A stretch of DNA of 32,000 nt from Haloferax volcanii DS2. GTDB taxonomy: Archaea > Halobacteriota > Halobacteria > Halobacteriales > Haloferacaceae. Under the pieces are notes generated by a model. It was given only the letters and a program-made list of their open reading frames with translations. It was not told where the DNA came from and searched no databases. Each line of letters begins with the position of its first letter. The first letter of the stretch is position 1. Both the position numbers and the translations under genes were made by a program. Shown piece after piece: positions 17,982-26,276 of the stretch. The stretch spans positions 270,001 through 302,000 of the forward strand of contig NC_013966.1 of assembly GCF_000025685.1 (NCBI RefSeq). The letters are read 5' to 3'.

Positions 17982-18233
17982 TCAGGCAGCTGTTTGTGGT
18001 GGCTGTTTCGGCCGAGTCTCGATGCCCGCCCATTGAGGAGTTCGTCGTCGCGTTATGGATAGTTTCACTCTTGAGAGCAGCAACGATATCCGAGCGATCG
18101 AATTGCCCCGGAGTTGGAACGTCGATGGCGAGCGGAACCCGGTGCGCTCTACCAGTGGTTTGGTGAGTGAAATCACACTTATCTCGGATCCCTTATCTTG
18201 TGTGTATTGTTCAATCTTTAATTTTCTAACCAC
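17982..18233 (-). CDS. hypothetical small basic protein, weakly AbrB/SpoVT-like
   Basis: An 83-aa GTG-start ORF in low-GC DNA with atypical codons. The segment SVISLTKPLVERTGFRSPSTFQL loosely resembles the VSLPKxWAxxxGI swapped-hairpin motif. It may not be a real gene. Confidence 0.2.
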   Translation of the reverse strand: MVRKLKIEQYTQDKGSEISVISLTKPLVERTGFRSPSTFQLRGNSIARISLLLSRVKLSITRRRTPQWAGIETRPKQPPQTAA

Positions 18234-18638
18234 CGTCTATGAATACTCGAAACTTGGCAAGTCATGCTGATGAGGGAGCCCCGTGAGCTGTAAGTAGTCG
18301 CGGGTTGTATTTATATGCAGATGTGTGTAGAAAAATAGGTTTATATCCGACTTTGAGGGGCAACTTAGAACAGGAAGCACTGGATGTGAGGATGGCTATG
18401 TACCGAACCGTCTACCAGACAGTCGATCTAGCAGCGACCCTGAGATAGTTATCTCTGCATATATCTATAATATTCACAATACTTGTTGTGGAAGTGTCCA
18501 TCTTGAGTATAGTCGTTTTATCTGTTCGCCCGCTCGGAAAGTCGGTGAAAACTCCATGACGAGTGATATCCGTAGCAGCACGCCGTGAGAAATTACAGAC
18601 ATAGTTCCGTAATCTATTCTCACGACGAGCGCGGGTCA

Positions 18639-19421
18639 TCACCCGTCTATGGTCGTGTACTCGGAGTATTGGTTACGAACCTCGAGTTCGTTTTTGCTGT
18701 ACTGCAGTACGTTCAGTAGCTCCGACATGTAGGTGGGTGTGAACCGGTCTCGGGGCCCGGTCACGCCGATAGACGCCTTGACATCCCCGTTCTTATCGAG
18801 AAGCGGAACGGCGATGCCTCGAATACCGCGGAGATGTTCCTCGTCATCGATGGCGTACCCTCGTTCACGAACCCGCCCGAGCGAGTCTTCGAGTTCCGCC
18901 AGCGAGCTAACGGTCCTGTTCGTCCCCGACGGGAGACCGTGTCGTTCGACGATTTCCGCCCGGCGAGCCTCGGGGAGGTACGCTAAAATCGCCTTTCCGA
19001 GCGAAGTCCAATGCATCTCCGTGCGATTCCCGATCGGAATCTCGTCCGCCGCGGCTTTCTTCCCGGTGCTTCGATATAGAATGACCCGTTTCCCGTTTTC
19101 TTCGACCGCAGCGCCGACTATCTCGCCCGTCACTCGGCTGAGCTCTTCGACCTTATTTCTGAGCAGTCGAGCGATATCGATCCGCTGCCGGATATCTCCG
19201 CCAACCTCGAGAAAGCGAAACGAGCGACGGTACTCTCCAGCGTCTTTGACGACGAAGCCCCGCTCAATGAGCGTGTTGAGGTGGACGTAAATCGTGCTTG
19301 CCGGAATGTCGACCGTCGACGCGAGTTCCGAGAGGCCGGCCGGTTCGACGCCGCTGAGGGCATCGAGAATCTCGAACGTCGTTTCGACCGCGCGTATTGT
19401 TTTGACGTCGCCATCGGACAT
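18639..19421 (-). CDS. IclR-family transcriptional regulator
   Basis: ORF 18639..19475. The wHTH is LSELASTVDIPASTIYVHLNTLIERGFV, followed by an IclR effector domain. ATG 19421 (MSDGDVKTIRAVE...) is the preferred start because an A/T box at 19445-19456 lies about 30 nt upstream. The gene is divergent from the ABC operon. Confidence 0.85.
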   Translation of the reverse strand: MSDGDVKTIRAVETTFEILDALSGVEPAGLSELASTVDIPASTIYVHLNTLIERGFVVKDAGEYRRSFRFLEVGGDIRQRIDIARLLRNKVEELSRVTGEIVGAAVEENGKRVILYRSTGKKAAADEIPIGNRTEMHWTSLGKAILAYLPEARRAEIVERHGLPSGTNRTVSSLAELEDSLGRVRERGYAIDDEEHLRGIRGIAVPLLDKNGDVKASIGVTGPRDRFTPTYMSELLNVLQYSKNELEVRNQYSEYTTIDG

Positions 19422-19550
19422 GCTACGGTCTTTTCCACACTCGGTGAAAGTATTTTCCCCCTGTTCAACTGCCATTCAACTCTCTCGGAAAGAAAACTTC
19501 GAGTGTTTACCACAGAAAAAAGTACATCGAGTAACACGCTATTTTTACCT

Positions 19551-19856
19551 CGTGTTGACACGTATTTTCCGAGCGCGTTGAATCCGGGAGCGAAACCACG
19601 TCCCGTGAATAGGCCGAGATACCGGTTGAGAAGCCCTGTTCGATGAATGTTAACGGTAGTATAAGCGTACGTCGATATTCTGCATTTTTGACCGTGTTGA
19701 ATACGAGGTACCGACAGTGGTGACCTTGCGGGGGATTACCACCGTGTCCCTCGGTTAGACGCAAGGGAAGTCGAGAACCGATGACTGGACAGGCGCTTTA
19801 CCCGACGTCTGGGGTGTCGAGAAGATCGCAGCGGCCCCGGATGCGATTCAACACGG
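19551..19856. promoter_or_regulatory. cluster of CGTGTTGA / GTTGAAT motifs (candidate IclR operator sites)
   Basis: cgtgttga occurs at 19551-19558 and 19693-19700, with an inverted copy at 19848-19855. There is a 10-bp inverted pair, ccgtgttgaa (19692-19701) and ttcaacacgg (19847-19856), and a palindrome cgtgt-tg-acacg (19551-19562). Confidence 0.4.
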
Positions 19857-19889
19857 TTGGGAGCGCGTCGTTCACCTCCATTACCAACA

Positions 19890-19897
19890 TTTATTAT
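19890..19897 (+). promoter_or_regulatory. candidate TATA box for the ABC operon
   Basis: tttattat lies 30-37 nt upstream of ATG 19927. Confidence 0.4.
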
Positions 19898-19926
19898 GCG
19901 GGATTGAGGAGTAGTCTTCAGCCGAC

Positions 19927-21024
19927 ATGAGCCAGGTAAGACTATCGAACGTGAGTAAGGAGTACGATGGGGGTATCCTCGCCGTAGAGGGGTTGGATCT
20001 CACCGTCGACGACGGGGAGTTCGTTGTCGTCGTCGGGCCGTCCGGTTGCGGGAAGTCGACGACGCTCAGGATGGTGGCTGGGCTCGAGACCGTCACCGGC
20101 GGTGAGATCGCCATCGGCGAGCACGTCGTCAACGACGTGCGGCCGCAGGACCGGAACATCGCGATGGTGTTCCAGTCGTACGCGCTGTACCCCCACATGA
20201 CCGTCCGCGAGAACATGTCCTTCGGGTTGCGTCTCGCCGGGGAAGACGACGACGAGGTCCGAGACCGCGTTGAGGACGCCGCCGAGATGCTGGAGATTTC
20301 GGAGCTGTTAGACGACCTCCCGAAACAGCTCTCGGGCGGTCAGCAACAGCGGGTCGCGCTGGGGAGAGCTATCGTGCGCGACCCGGACGTGTTCCTGATG
20401 GACGAGCCGCTTTCGAACTTGGACGCCAAACTCCGGACGCAGATGCGGACGGAGATACAGCGGATTCAGGAGGACCTCGGCGTCACGACGGTGTACGTCA
20501 CTCACGACCAGACAGAGGCGATGACGATGGCCGACCGTATCGTCATCCTCAACGACGGCAAACTCCAGCAGGTCGACCCCCCGGAGCGCTGTTACGACGA
20601 ACCCAACAACGAGTTCGTCGCCGGATTTATCGGGTCGCCCTCAATGAACTTCTTCGAGGTGACCGCAACAGACGACGACGGCGGCGTTCGCTTCGAATCC
20701 CCGAGCTTCGAGTTCACACTGGATGTCGACGTTCCCTCTGGTGAGTACACGCTTGGTGTCCGACCGGAAGATTTCACGCCGGACTGCGAGGGAGGCTACG
20801 TCGAAACAGTCGTTGATGTCGTCGAACCGGTCGGTTCGGACAACTTCCTCTACCTGCAGACGACCCACGGCTCGTCCGAGGTCGTCGCGCGGGTCGAAAG
20901 CGAGCTCCGGCCGGCTGTCGGGGACGAGATAACGCTCGGGTTCGACGTGGACGACATGCATCTCTTTGGTAGCGACGGCGCGCGCGTCGCGGTGAGTGAG
21001 ACACGACTGACGGACTCCGCCTGA
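19927..21024 (+). CDS. ABC sugar-transporter ATP-binding protein (MalK/UgpC/MsmX type)
   Basis: Has Walker A GPSGCGKST, the signature LSGGQQQRVALGRA, Walker B FLMDEPLSNLD and a C-terminal TOBE-like regulatory domain. Confidence 0.92.
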   Translation: MSQVRLSNVSKEYDGGILAVEGLDLTVDDGEFVVVVGPSGCGKSTTLRMVAGLETVTGGEIAIGEHVVNDVRPQDRNIAMVFQSYALYPHMTVRENMSFGLRLAGEDDDEVRDRVEDAAEMLEISELLDDLPKQLSGGQQQRVALGRAIVRDPDVFLMDEPLSNLDAKLRTQMRTEIQRIQEDLGVTTVYVTHDQTEAMTMADRIVILNDGKLQQVDPPERCYDEPNNEFVAGFIGSPSMNFFEVTATDDDGGVRFESPSFEFTLDVDVPSGEYTLGVRPEDFTPDCEGGYVETVVDVVEPVGSDNFLYLQTTHGSSEVVARVESELRPAVGDEITLGFDVDDMHLFGSDGARVAVSETRLTDSA

Positions 21025-21025
21025 C

Positions 21026-21826
21026 ATGATGTATGATTCAATCGGACGACGCGAGCACGAGTGGGCAGGATTGACCGCGGCTGAGGTCCGAGAGGTGGGA
21101 GCGAAACCGGGGTCGATTCTGGTGATTCCGGTGGGGAGCATCGAACAGCACGGCGAACATCTACCGGTGGTGACCGACTCGCTCTTGGTTGAGGCGATGG
21201 TCGATTCGGCGGTTGAGCAGACTGACGGTCTCCCCGTCGTCGTCTCGCCGACCGTGTGGAGCGGGTTCTCACCGCACCATCTCACCTTCGGCGGGACGCT
21301 GTCGCTAGACTTCGAAACGATTCGCGCGACGCTCGAGGACATCGCGCACACGGGGCTTCAAAACGACTTCGACGCCGTGTTGTTCGTCAACGGCCACGGC
21401 GGCAACGGCCCTCTCATTGGGTCCGTCGTCAGCACGGTCGGCGTCGAGACCGACGCCGAGGTGCTCGGAACAACCTACTTCGAGCTGGCGACTGACCGAA
21501 TCGAGGCGCTTCGGGATACCGAAACCGGCGGGATGGCTCACGGTGGCGAGTTCGAAACGTCGCTCATGCTCGCGGTCCGACCCGACCTCGTCGGCGATTC
21601 CTCCACCCGGAACGGTGAACCACTAAACGAGTCATACCGTTGGAGCGGACAGGACCTCCTCGACGGGGGCTCAGTGAGTGTCTACCGGTCGTTCGACACG
21701 TACTCCGAGACGGGTGCCATCGGGCTCCCCGAGGAAGCGAGCGCCGAGAAGGGAGAGCGGATTCGGTCGATTATCGCCGAGGAACTCGCCTCGCTGCTCG
21801 ATGCGGTTCACGAACAGAACGCGTGA
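21026..21826 (+). CDS. creatininase-family amidohydrolase
   Basis: Family motifs are PVGSIEQHGEHLP, VNGHGGN and GGMAHGGEFETSLML. The start lies 1 nt after the ATPase stop. Confidence 0.8.
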   Translation: MMYDSIGRREHEWAGLTAAEVREVGAKPGSILVIPVGSIEQHGEHLPVVTDSLLVEAMVDSAVEQTDGLPVVVSPTVWSGFSPHHLTFGGTLSLDFETIRATLEDIAHTGLQNDFDAVLFVNGHGGNGPLIGSVVSTVGVETDAEVLGTTYFELATDRIEALRDTETGGMAHGGEFETSLMLAVRPDLVGDSSTRNGEPLNESYRWSGQDLLDGGSVSVYRSFDTYSETGAIGLPEEASAEKGERIRSIIAEELASLLDAVHEQNA

Positions 21827-21869
21827 GACACCGATAACGATAATGACAATAAAATATGAATAAAAACAA

Positions 21870-21877
21870 TTATATAT
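21870..21877 (+). promoter_or_regulatory. candidate internal TATA box before the binding-protein gene
   Basis: ttatatat sits in a 49-nt AT-rich gap, about 24-27 nt upstream of ATG 21897/21900. Confidence 0.35.
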
Positions 21878-21896
21878 GTGGGGCAAATTGGTAGCG

Positions 21897-23252
21897 ATGA
21901 TGCGAGAGAATACCACAGAGGAAGCTAGCGGACAGACTCTGGACCGTCGGCGGCTCCTTCAAGCGCTCGGCGCTGGTGGCATGATTGCCATCGCCGGCTG
22001 TACCGGCGGCGGGGACGGAAGCGGAAGCGGCTCCGACGGCGAGGGCAGCGGTGAGGGTGGGGGAGACACCCAGAGCGTCCAACTCCTCACAATGGGTGTC
22101 GGTGACAACATCAAGCAGTTCTTCGAGGAGAACAACGCCGCCTTCGAGTCAGAGTACGACGTTGACGTCGAGTTCACGAGTGTAACTTGGGACAACGCAC
22201 GGCAAACTGTGAACAACCGAGTCGACGGCGGACAGGCCCCGGACGTGAGCCGTTGGCCCGCTCGGTGGATTCCGCAACTCGTCGGGAAGGACGCGCTCGA
22301 ACCGGTCGACGATCTAATGGACGGCAAGTTCGGCGAGAAGTTTGCCGAGGGAGTCGCCAACGGCACGATGTACAACGGCTCGCACTACGGCGTTCCGTGG
22401 GCCGCATCGAACAAGTGTCTCTACTACAACAAAGACGCGTTCGAGGCCGCCGGTCTCGACCCGGAAAATCCGGCGCTGGACACGTGGGAAGACATGCTCT
22501 CGGCGGCGAAGGCCCTCACCGAGAGCGACGAGGTGAGCGTCCCGGCACTCGGCCTCGCCGGCGCTGACGCCATCGAGACGGGGTCGCAGTACTACCACTA
22601 CCACTGGTCGCACGGTGCCGACCTGGTCGACGACGAGGGGATGCCCGTCGTCAACTCCGACGGCGCCGTCGAGGCGCTTTCGTTCTACACCGACCTCCAT
22701 CTCGAACACGGCGTGACGCAATCTTCACCGCTTTCGTCGACCCGACAGGACATCCGTCAACTGTTCGAGAACGGCGACCTCGGGATGGTCATCGGGCACG
22801 TTTACACGGGGCTCAACATAACCGAGTCACAGGAGAACGGTGAGGTTGACTTCGATTACGGTATCGTCCAGGTCCCGAAGGGCCCTGCGGGCCGGTACAG
22901 CCTGTTCACTATCGACACGCTGGGCATCTTCAGCCAGAGCGAACATAAGGACGTCGCGCGAGACCTGATTCGCTTCTACTTCGACGAGGAGCGCCGCTTC
23001 CAGTACTCGAAACAAAAGGGCTTCCTCCCGGTCGTCGAGGCGGTCGGCGAACGGGAGTACTTCTCCGAGTCGAAGAACTGGGGGCCGTTCGTCGAGGCGG
23101 GACAGTACGCCCGTGCTCGGCCGAAACTCAGCAATTTCAGCCAGTTCAACGACCGGATGGTCCAAGCGATACAGGAAGCGCTCGCCGACCAAAAGAGCCC
23201 GCAGAAGGCCTTGAACGACGCCCAGAGTGACCTCGAAGACGCGATGAACTAA
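21897..23252 (+). CDS. ABC transporter substrate-binding lipoprotein (family 1 sugar SBP), Tat-secreted
   Basis: ORF 21876..23252. It has a twin-arginine signal DRRRLLQALGAGGMIAIAGC with a lipobox, followed by a Gly/Ser/Asp/Glu linker. ATG 21897 is the preferred start, and 21876 remains possible. Confidence 0.88.
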   Translation: MMRENTTEEASGQTLDRRRLLQALGAGGMIAIAGCTGGGDGSGSGSDGEGSGEGGGDTQSVQLLTMGVGDNIKQFFEENNAAFESEYDVDVEFTSVTWDNARQTVNNRVDGGQAPDVSRWPARWIPQLVGKDALEPVDDLMDGKFGEKFAEGVANGTMYNGSHYGVPWAASNKCLYYNKDAFEAAGLDPENPALDTWEDMLSAAKALTESDEVSVPALGLAGADAIETGSQYYHYHWSHGADLVDDEGMPVVNSDGAVEALSFYTDLHLEHGVTQSSPLSSTRQDIRQLFENGDLGMVIGHVYTGLNITESQENGEVDFDYGIVQVPKGPAGRYSLFTIDTLGIFSQSEHKDVARDLIRFYFDEERRFQYSKQKGFLPVVEAVGEREYFSESKNWGPFVEAGQYARARPKLSNFSQFNDRMVQAIQEALADQKSPQKALNDAQSDLEDAMN

Positions 23253-23261
23253 TGCAACGAT

Positions 23262-24200
23262 ATGAGCCTCGCTGAAGAACATACCCAGACAGGCGGCGAT
23301 TCGCGGCTATCACAGTCCGCCGCGCACGTCAAGCGGAACCGCCGCGCATACCTTTTGATAGCGCCTGCTGCGTTATTTCTCGTCGCCGTCGTAGGGTACC
23401 CGATACTGGAGACGTTCCGCCTGTCGCTGTATCGCTCTCCCGCCGATTCGACTATCGAGACGTTCGTCGGGTTGCAACACTACGTCGACATCCTCAACAG
23501 CGACATCTTCTACCGTCTCCTCTGGCAAACGGGGCGGTGGGTCGCGGTCGGCGTCGCCGGTAAGACGTTACTCGGTCTGCTCATCGCAGTTCACCTCAAG
23601 GGCGACATTCGGGGTCGGAAGTTCTTCCGAACGGCGTTCCTCATCCCGTGGGGAATTCCGTACGCCATCTCTGCGGTCGTCTTCCGGTGGATAGAACATC
23701 CACAGTTCGGCTATCTCAACGCCATTCTGCTCAAACTCGGCGTGATAGAGCAGGGTATCGGAATTCTCGGGAACCCCGACATCGCGTGGTTAGGCGTCGT
23801 CGTGGCGGATATCTGGATCGGCACGCCGTTTATGGCGATCATCTTCCTTGCGGGTCTGCAGTCGATTCCGCAGGATCTCTACGAGGCCGCGGCCATCGAC
23901 GGGGCTGAGCGGTGGCACCAGTTCCGATACATTACGCTCCCACAACTCAAGAGCGTCATCCTGATGGCGACGCTCCTCTCGACGATTTGGACCTTCGTCA
24001 GTTTCGACACTATCTGGACGATGACGGGCGGCGGTCCGATTAGCACGACCGCGACGCTGGTGATTCACATCTACCAGGTCGGCCTGCAGAACGGGCATCT
24101 CGGGCTCGGTGCCGCCTACAGCGTCATCGGGTTCCTGCTGTTGCTCCTGTTCGCTATCGTGTATCTCAGGGTCTACACCCGCGGAGGTGAGGAGCTGTGA
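23262..24200 (+). CDS. ABC sugar-transporter permease (MalF/UgpA type)
   Basis: A multi-pass membrane protein with the EAA loop YEAAAIDGAERWHQFRYITLP. Confidence 0.9.
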   Translation: MSLAEEHTQTGGDSRLSQSAAHVKRNRRAYLLIAPAALFLVAVVGYPILETFRLSLYRSPADSTIETFVGLQHYVDILNSDIFYRLLWQTGRWVAVGVAGKTLLGLLIAVHLKGDIRGRKFFRTAFLIPWGIPYAISAVVFRWIEHPQFGYLNAILLKLGVIEQGIGILGNPDIAWLGVVVADIWIGTPFMAIIFLAGLQSIPQDLYEAAAIDGAERWHQFRYITLPQLKSVILMATLLSTIWTFVSFDTIWTMTGGGPISTTATLVIHIYQVGLQNGHLGLGAAYSVIGFLLLLLFAIVYLRVYTRGGEEL

Positions 24201-25042
24201 CGATGGCAGGCCACGACGAGGGCGGACTGCGCCGAGTCAGAGTCTACGGCATGCTCATCGCCCTACTCGGGATAATGATGTTCCCGTTCTACGCGATGTT
24301 CTCCAGTACGTTCAAACCGGAGTCGGAGATATTCTCCGCACCGGCGACGCTCGTGCCGTCCCAGCTGTCTCTCGGGGCGTACGTGGACGTCTGGACGCAG
24401 ACTGACGTGCTCCTCTGGATCGCCAACAGTTTCGTCATCTCGCTCGGAACCGTCGTCCTGACGCTTCTGCTCGCGATCCCCGCGGCGTACTCCTGCGCGC
24501 GGAATGACTTCGTGGGCAAGCGGACGTTCCTGCTCGCCGTCCTCGTCGTCCAGATGTTCGCCCCCGTGGTTCTCATCGTGGGACTGTTCGACGTCATCAG
24601 CCGGCTCGGACTGTTCAACACGTACCTAGCCGTTATCGTCCCCGCAGCGGCGTTCACCCTCCCGTTCAACATCTGGATGCTCTACGGCTACTTCAAGACC
24701 GTTCCCGTCGAACTGGAAGAGTCCGCCCGCATCGACGGTGCCAGCCAGTTACAGGTACTCACGAAGATTGTTCTTCCGTTGACTAAACCCGCGCTCGTCG
24801 CCAGCATCACCTACACGTTCCTGTACGCGTGGAACCGGCTCCTGTTCGTGCTGACGTTCCTCACCGACAGCGGGAAGTACAACATCCCGCGCGGGGTCTT
24901 CTCGATGGTCGGCGCGCTTCAGACTGACTGGCGGATGATGCTCACCGTCTCGGTCATCGGTATCATCCCACTCCTCGTTCTGTTCGCGTTCCTTGAACAG
25001 TACATCGTGGCGGGGATGACCGCCGGCGCAGTCAAGGAGTAA
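24197..25042 (+). CDS. ABC sugar-transporter permease (MalG/UgpE type)
   Basis: Has the EAA loop EESARIDGASQLQVLTKIVLP. GTG 24197 overlaps the upstream stop, and ATG 24203 is an alternative start. Confidence 0.9.
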   Translation: MTMAGHDEGGLRRVRVYGMLIALLGIMMFPFYAMFSSTFKPESEIFSAPATLVPSQLSLGAYVDVWTQTDVLLWIANSFVISLGTVVLTLLLAIPAAYSCARNDFVGKRTFLLAVLVVQMFAPVVLIVGLFDVISRLGLFNTYLAVIVPAAAFTLPFNIWMLYGYFKTVPVELEESARIDGASQLQVLTKIVLPLTKPALVASITYTFLYAWNRLLFVLTFLTDSGKYNIPRGVFSMVGALQTDWRMMLTVSVIGIIPLLVLFAFLEQYIVAGMTAGAVKE

Positions 25043-25053
25043 CGACCCTCCTG

Positions 25054-25065
25054 TATATTTATTAT
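25054..25065 (+). promoter_or_regulatory. candidate internal TATA box before the 382-aa unknown gene
   Basis: tatatttattat is centred about 27 nt upstream of ATG 25087. Confidence 0.35.
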
Positions 25066-25086
25066 CGACCCGCGTGACGACCTGCT

Positions 25087-26235
25087 ATGGAGTTCGCTAT
25101 CTGGGCGTACCCGTGGGACGTGCTCGACGCGGGACCACGAGAGACGGGCGCTCGCATCGCCGAACTGGGCGTCGACGAGGTGACCCTCGCGACGAACTAT
25201 CACGCCGTACAGGCGTTCGCGCCGCACAACCCGAAGCGGCGGACCTTCTTCGCACGCGCGAGTTCGTACTTCCGCCCTGACGGCGGCTACGGCCGCCTCG
25301 AACCGATTCCGTACGAAGGAATGACTGGTGATTGGGTCGCTGGAATCGCCGACGGTCTCGAGAACGTCCGGGTGAACTCGTGGACGGTCGGCTGCCACAA
25401 CTCGCGGCTCGGGATGCGCCATCGAGACGTGACGCTGACCTCCGCGCACGGCGACGACCTCGTATTCGGCCTCTGCCCGTCGAACCCCGACGTACAGGAG
25501 TACCTCACCGGACTCGTCCGCGACCTGACCGACTCGGCGCACTTCGACCGAATCGAACTCGAGACCTTCGACTACTTCTACGGGACGGGGTTCGGTTGGC
25601 ACCACCAGAAAATTCACGCTCAGCTGGGAACGCTCGGTGAGTTCCTCTTCGGACTGTGCTTCTGCGACCACTGTCGGGGGACCGCGTCGGATGCGGGCAT
25701 CGACGTCGAATCAGCTCGAGAGACCGTCGCACAGACGCTCGACGAAATCGTCGATGGAACCGTTCCGCACGGCCTCTCGCCCGAGCTATGGCTCCGCGAG
25801 CACGACGCGGTCGCCGACTACGTCGACGTACGCGAAGAAACGCTGGCGACGCTCTACGCGGACCTGTCCGCGGCGAGCGGGTCGACACCGCTCGGATACT
25901 ACGTCGGCGCGCCCGAACCCGGCCGCGAGTGGATGGTCGGGGCCGACCTCGACCAGCTGTCCGAGCACGTCGACTACTTCTGTCTGCCGGCGTACGAGTC
26001 CTCACGTGAGGCGGTGATGAACGCCTATCGAAGCGTCGATGCGGTGACCGATGACGTACCGTTACACGTCGGCCTCCTCCCGGGCCACCCGGCGATACAC
26101 GACGGCGACACGCTCGTCGACATCGTCGACTCACTCCGGGCCGTCGACGTGCCGCGGGTCTCGTTCTACAACTACGGACTGCTGCCCGAGCGGTCGCTGT
26201 CGTGGATTCGGGAGGCCACGAACGAGAGTCTGTAA
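25087..26235 (+). CDS. uncharacterised acidic cytoplasmic protein (possibly TIM-barrel glycosidase-like), function unknown
   Basis: A 382-aa ORF with clear haloarchaeal acidic composition and no signal peptide. It lies between the ABC permeases and the dehydratase. I recognise no motif with confidence. Confidence 0.7.
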   Translation: MEFAIWAYPWDVLDAGPRETGARIAELGVDEVTLATNYHAVQAFAPHNPKRRTFFARASSYFRPDGGYGRLEPIPYEGMTGDWVAGIADGLENVRVNSWTVGCHNSRLGMRHRDVTLTSAHGDDLVFGLCPSNPDVQEYLTGLVRDLTDSAHFDRIELETFDYFYGTGFGWHHQKIHAQLGTLGEFLFGLCFCDHCRGTASDAGIDVESARETVAQTLDEIVDGTVPHGLSPELWLREHDAVADYVDVREETLATLYADLSAASGSTPLGYYVGAPEPGREWMVGADLDQLSEHVDYFCLPAYESSREAVMNAYRSVDAVTDDVPLHVGLLPGHPAIHDGDTLVDIVDSLRAVDVPRVSFYNYGLLPERSLSWIREATNESL

Positions 26236-26276
26236 CAAACGATACTTTCATACTGTCGCCCCCTACAAGCGTTTGT

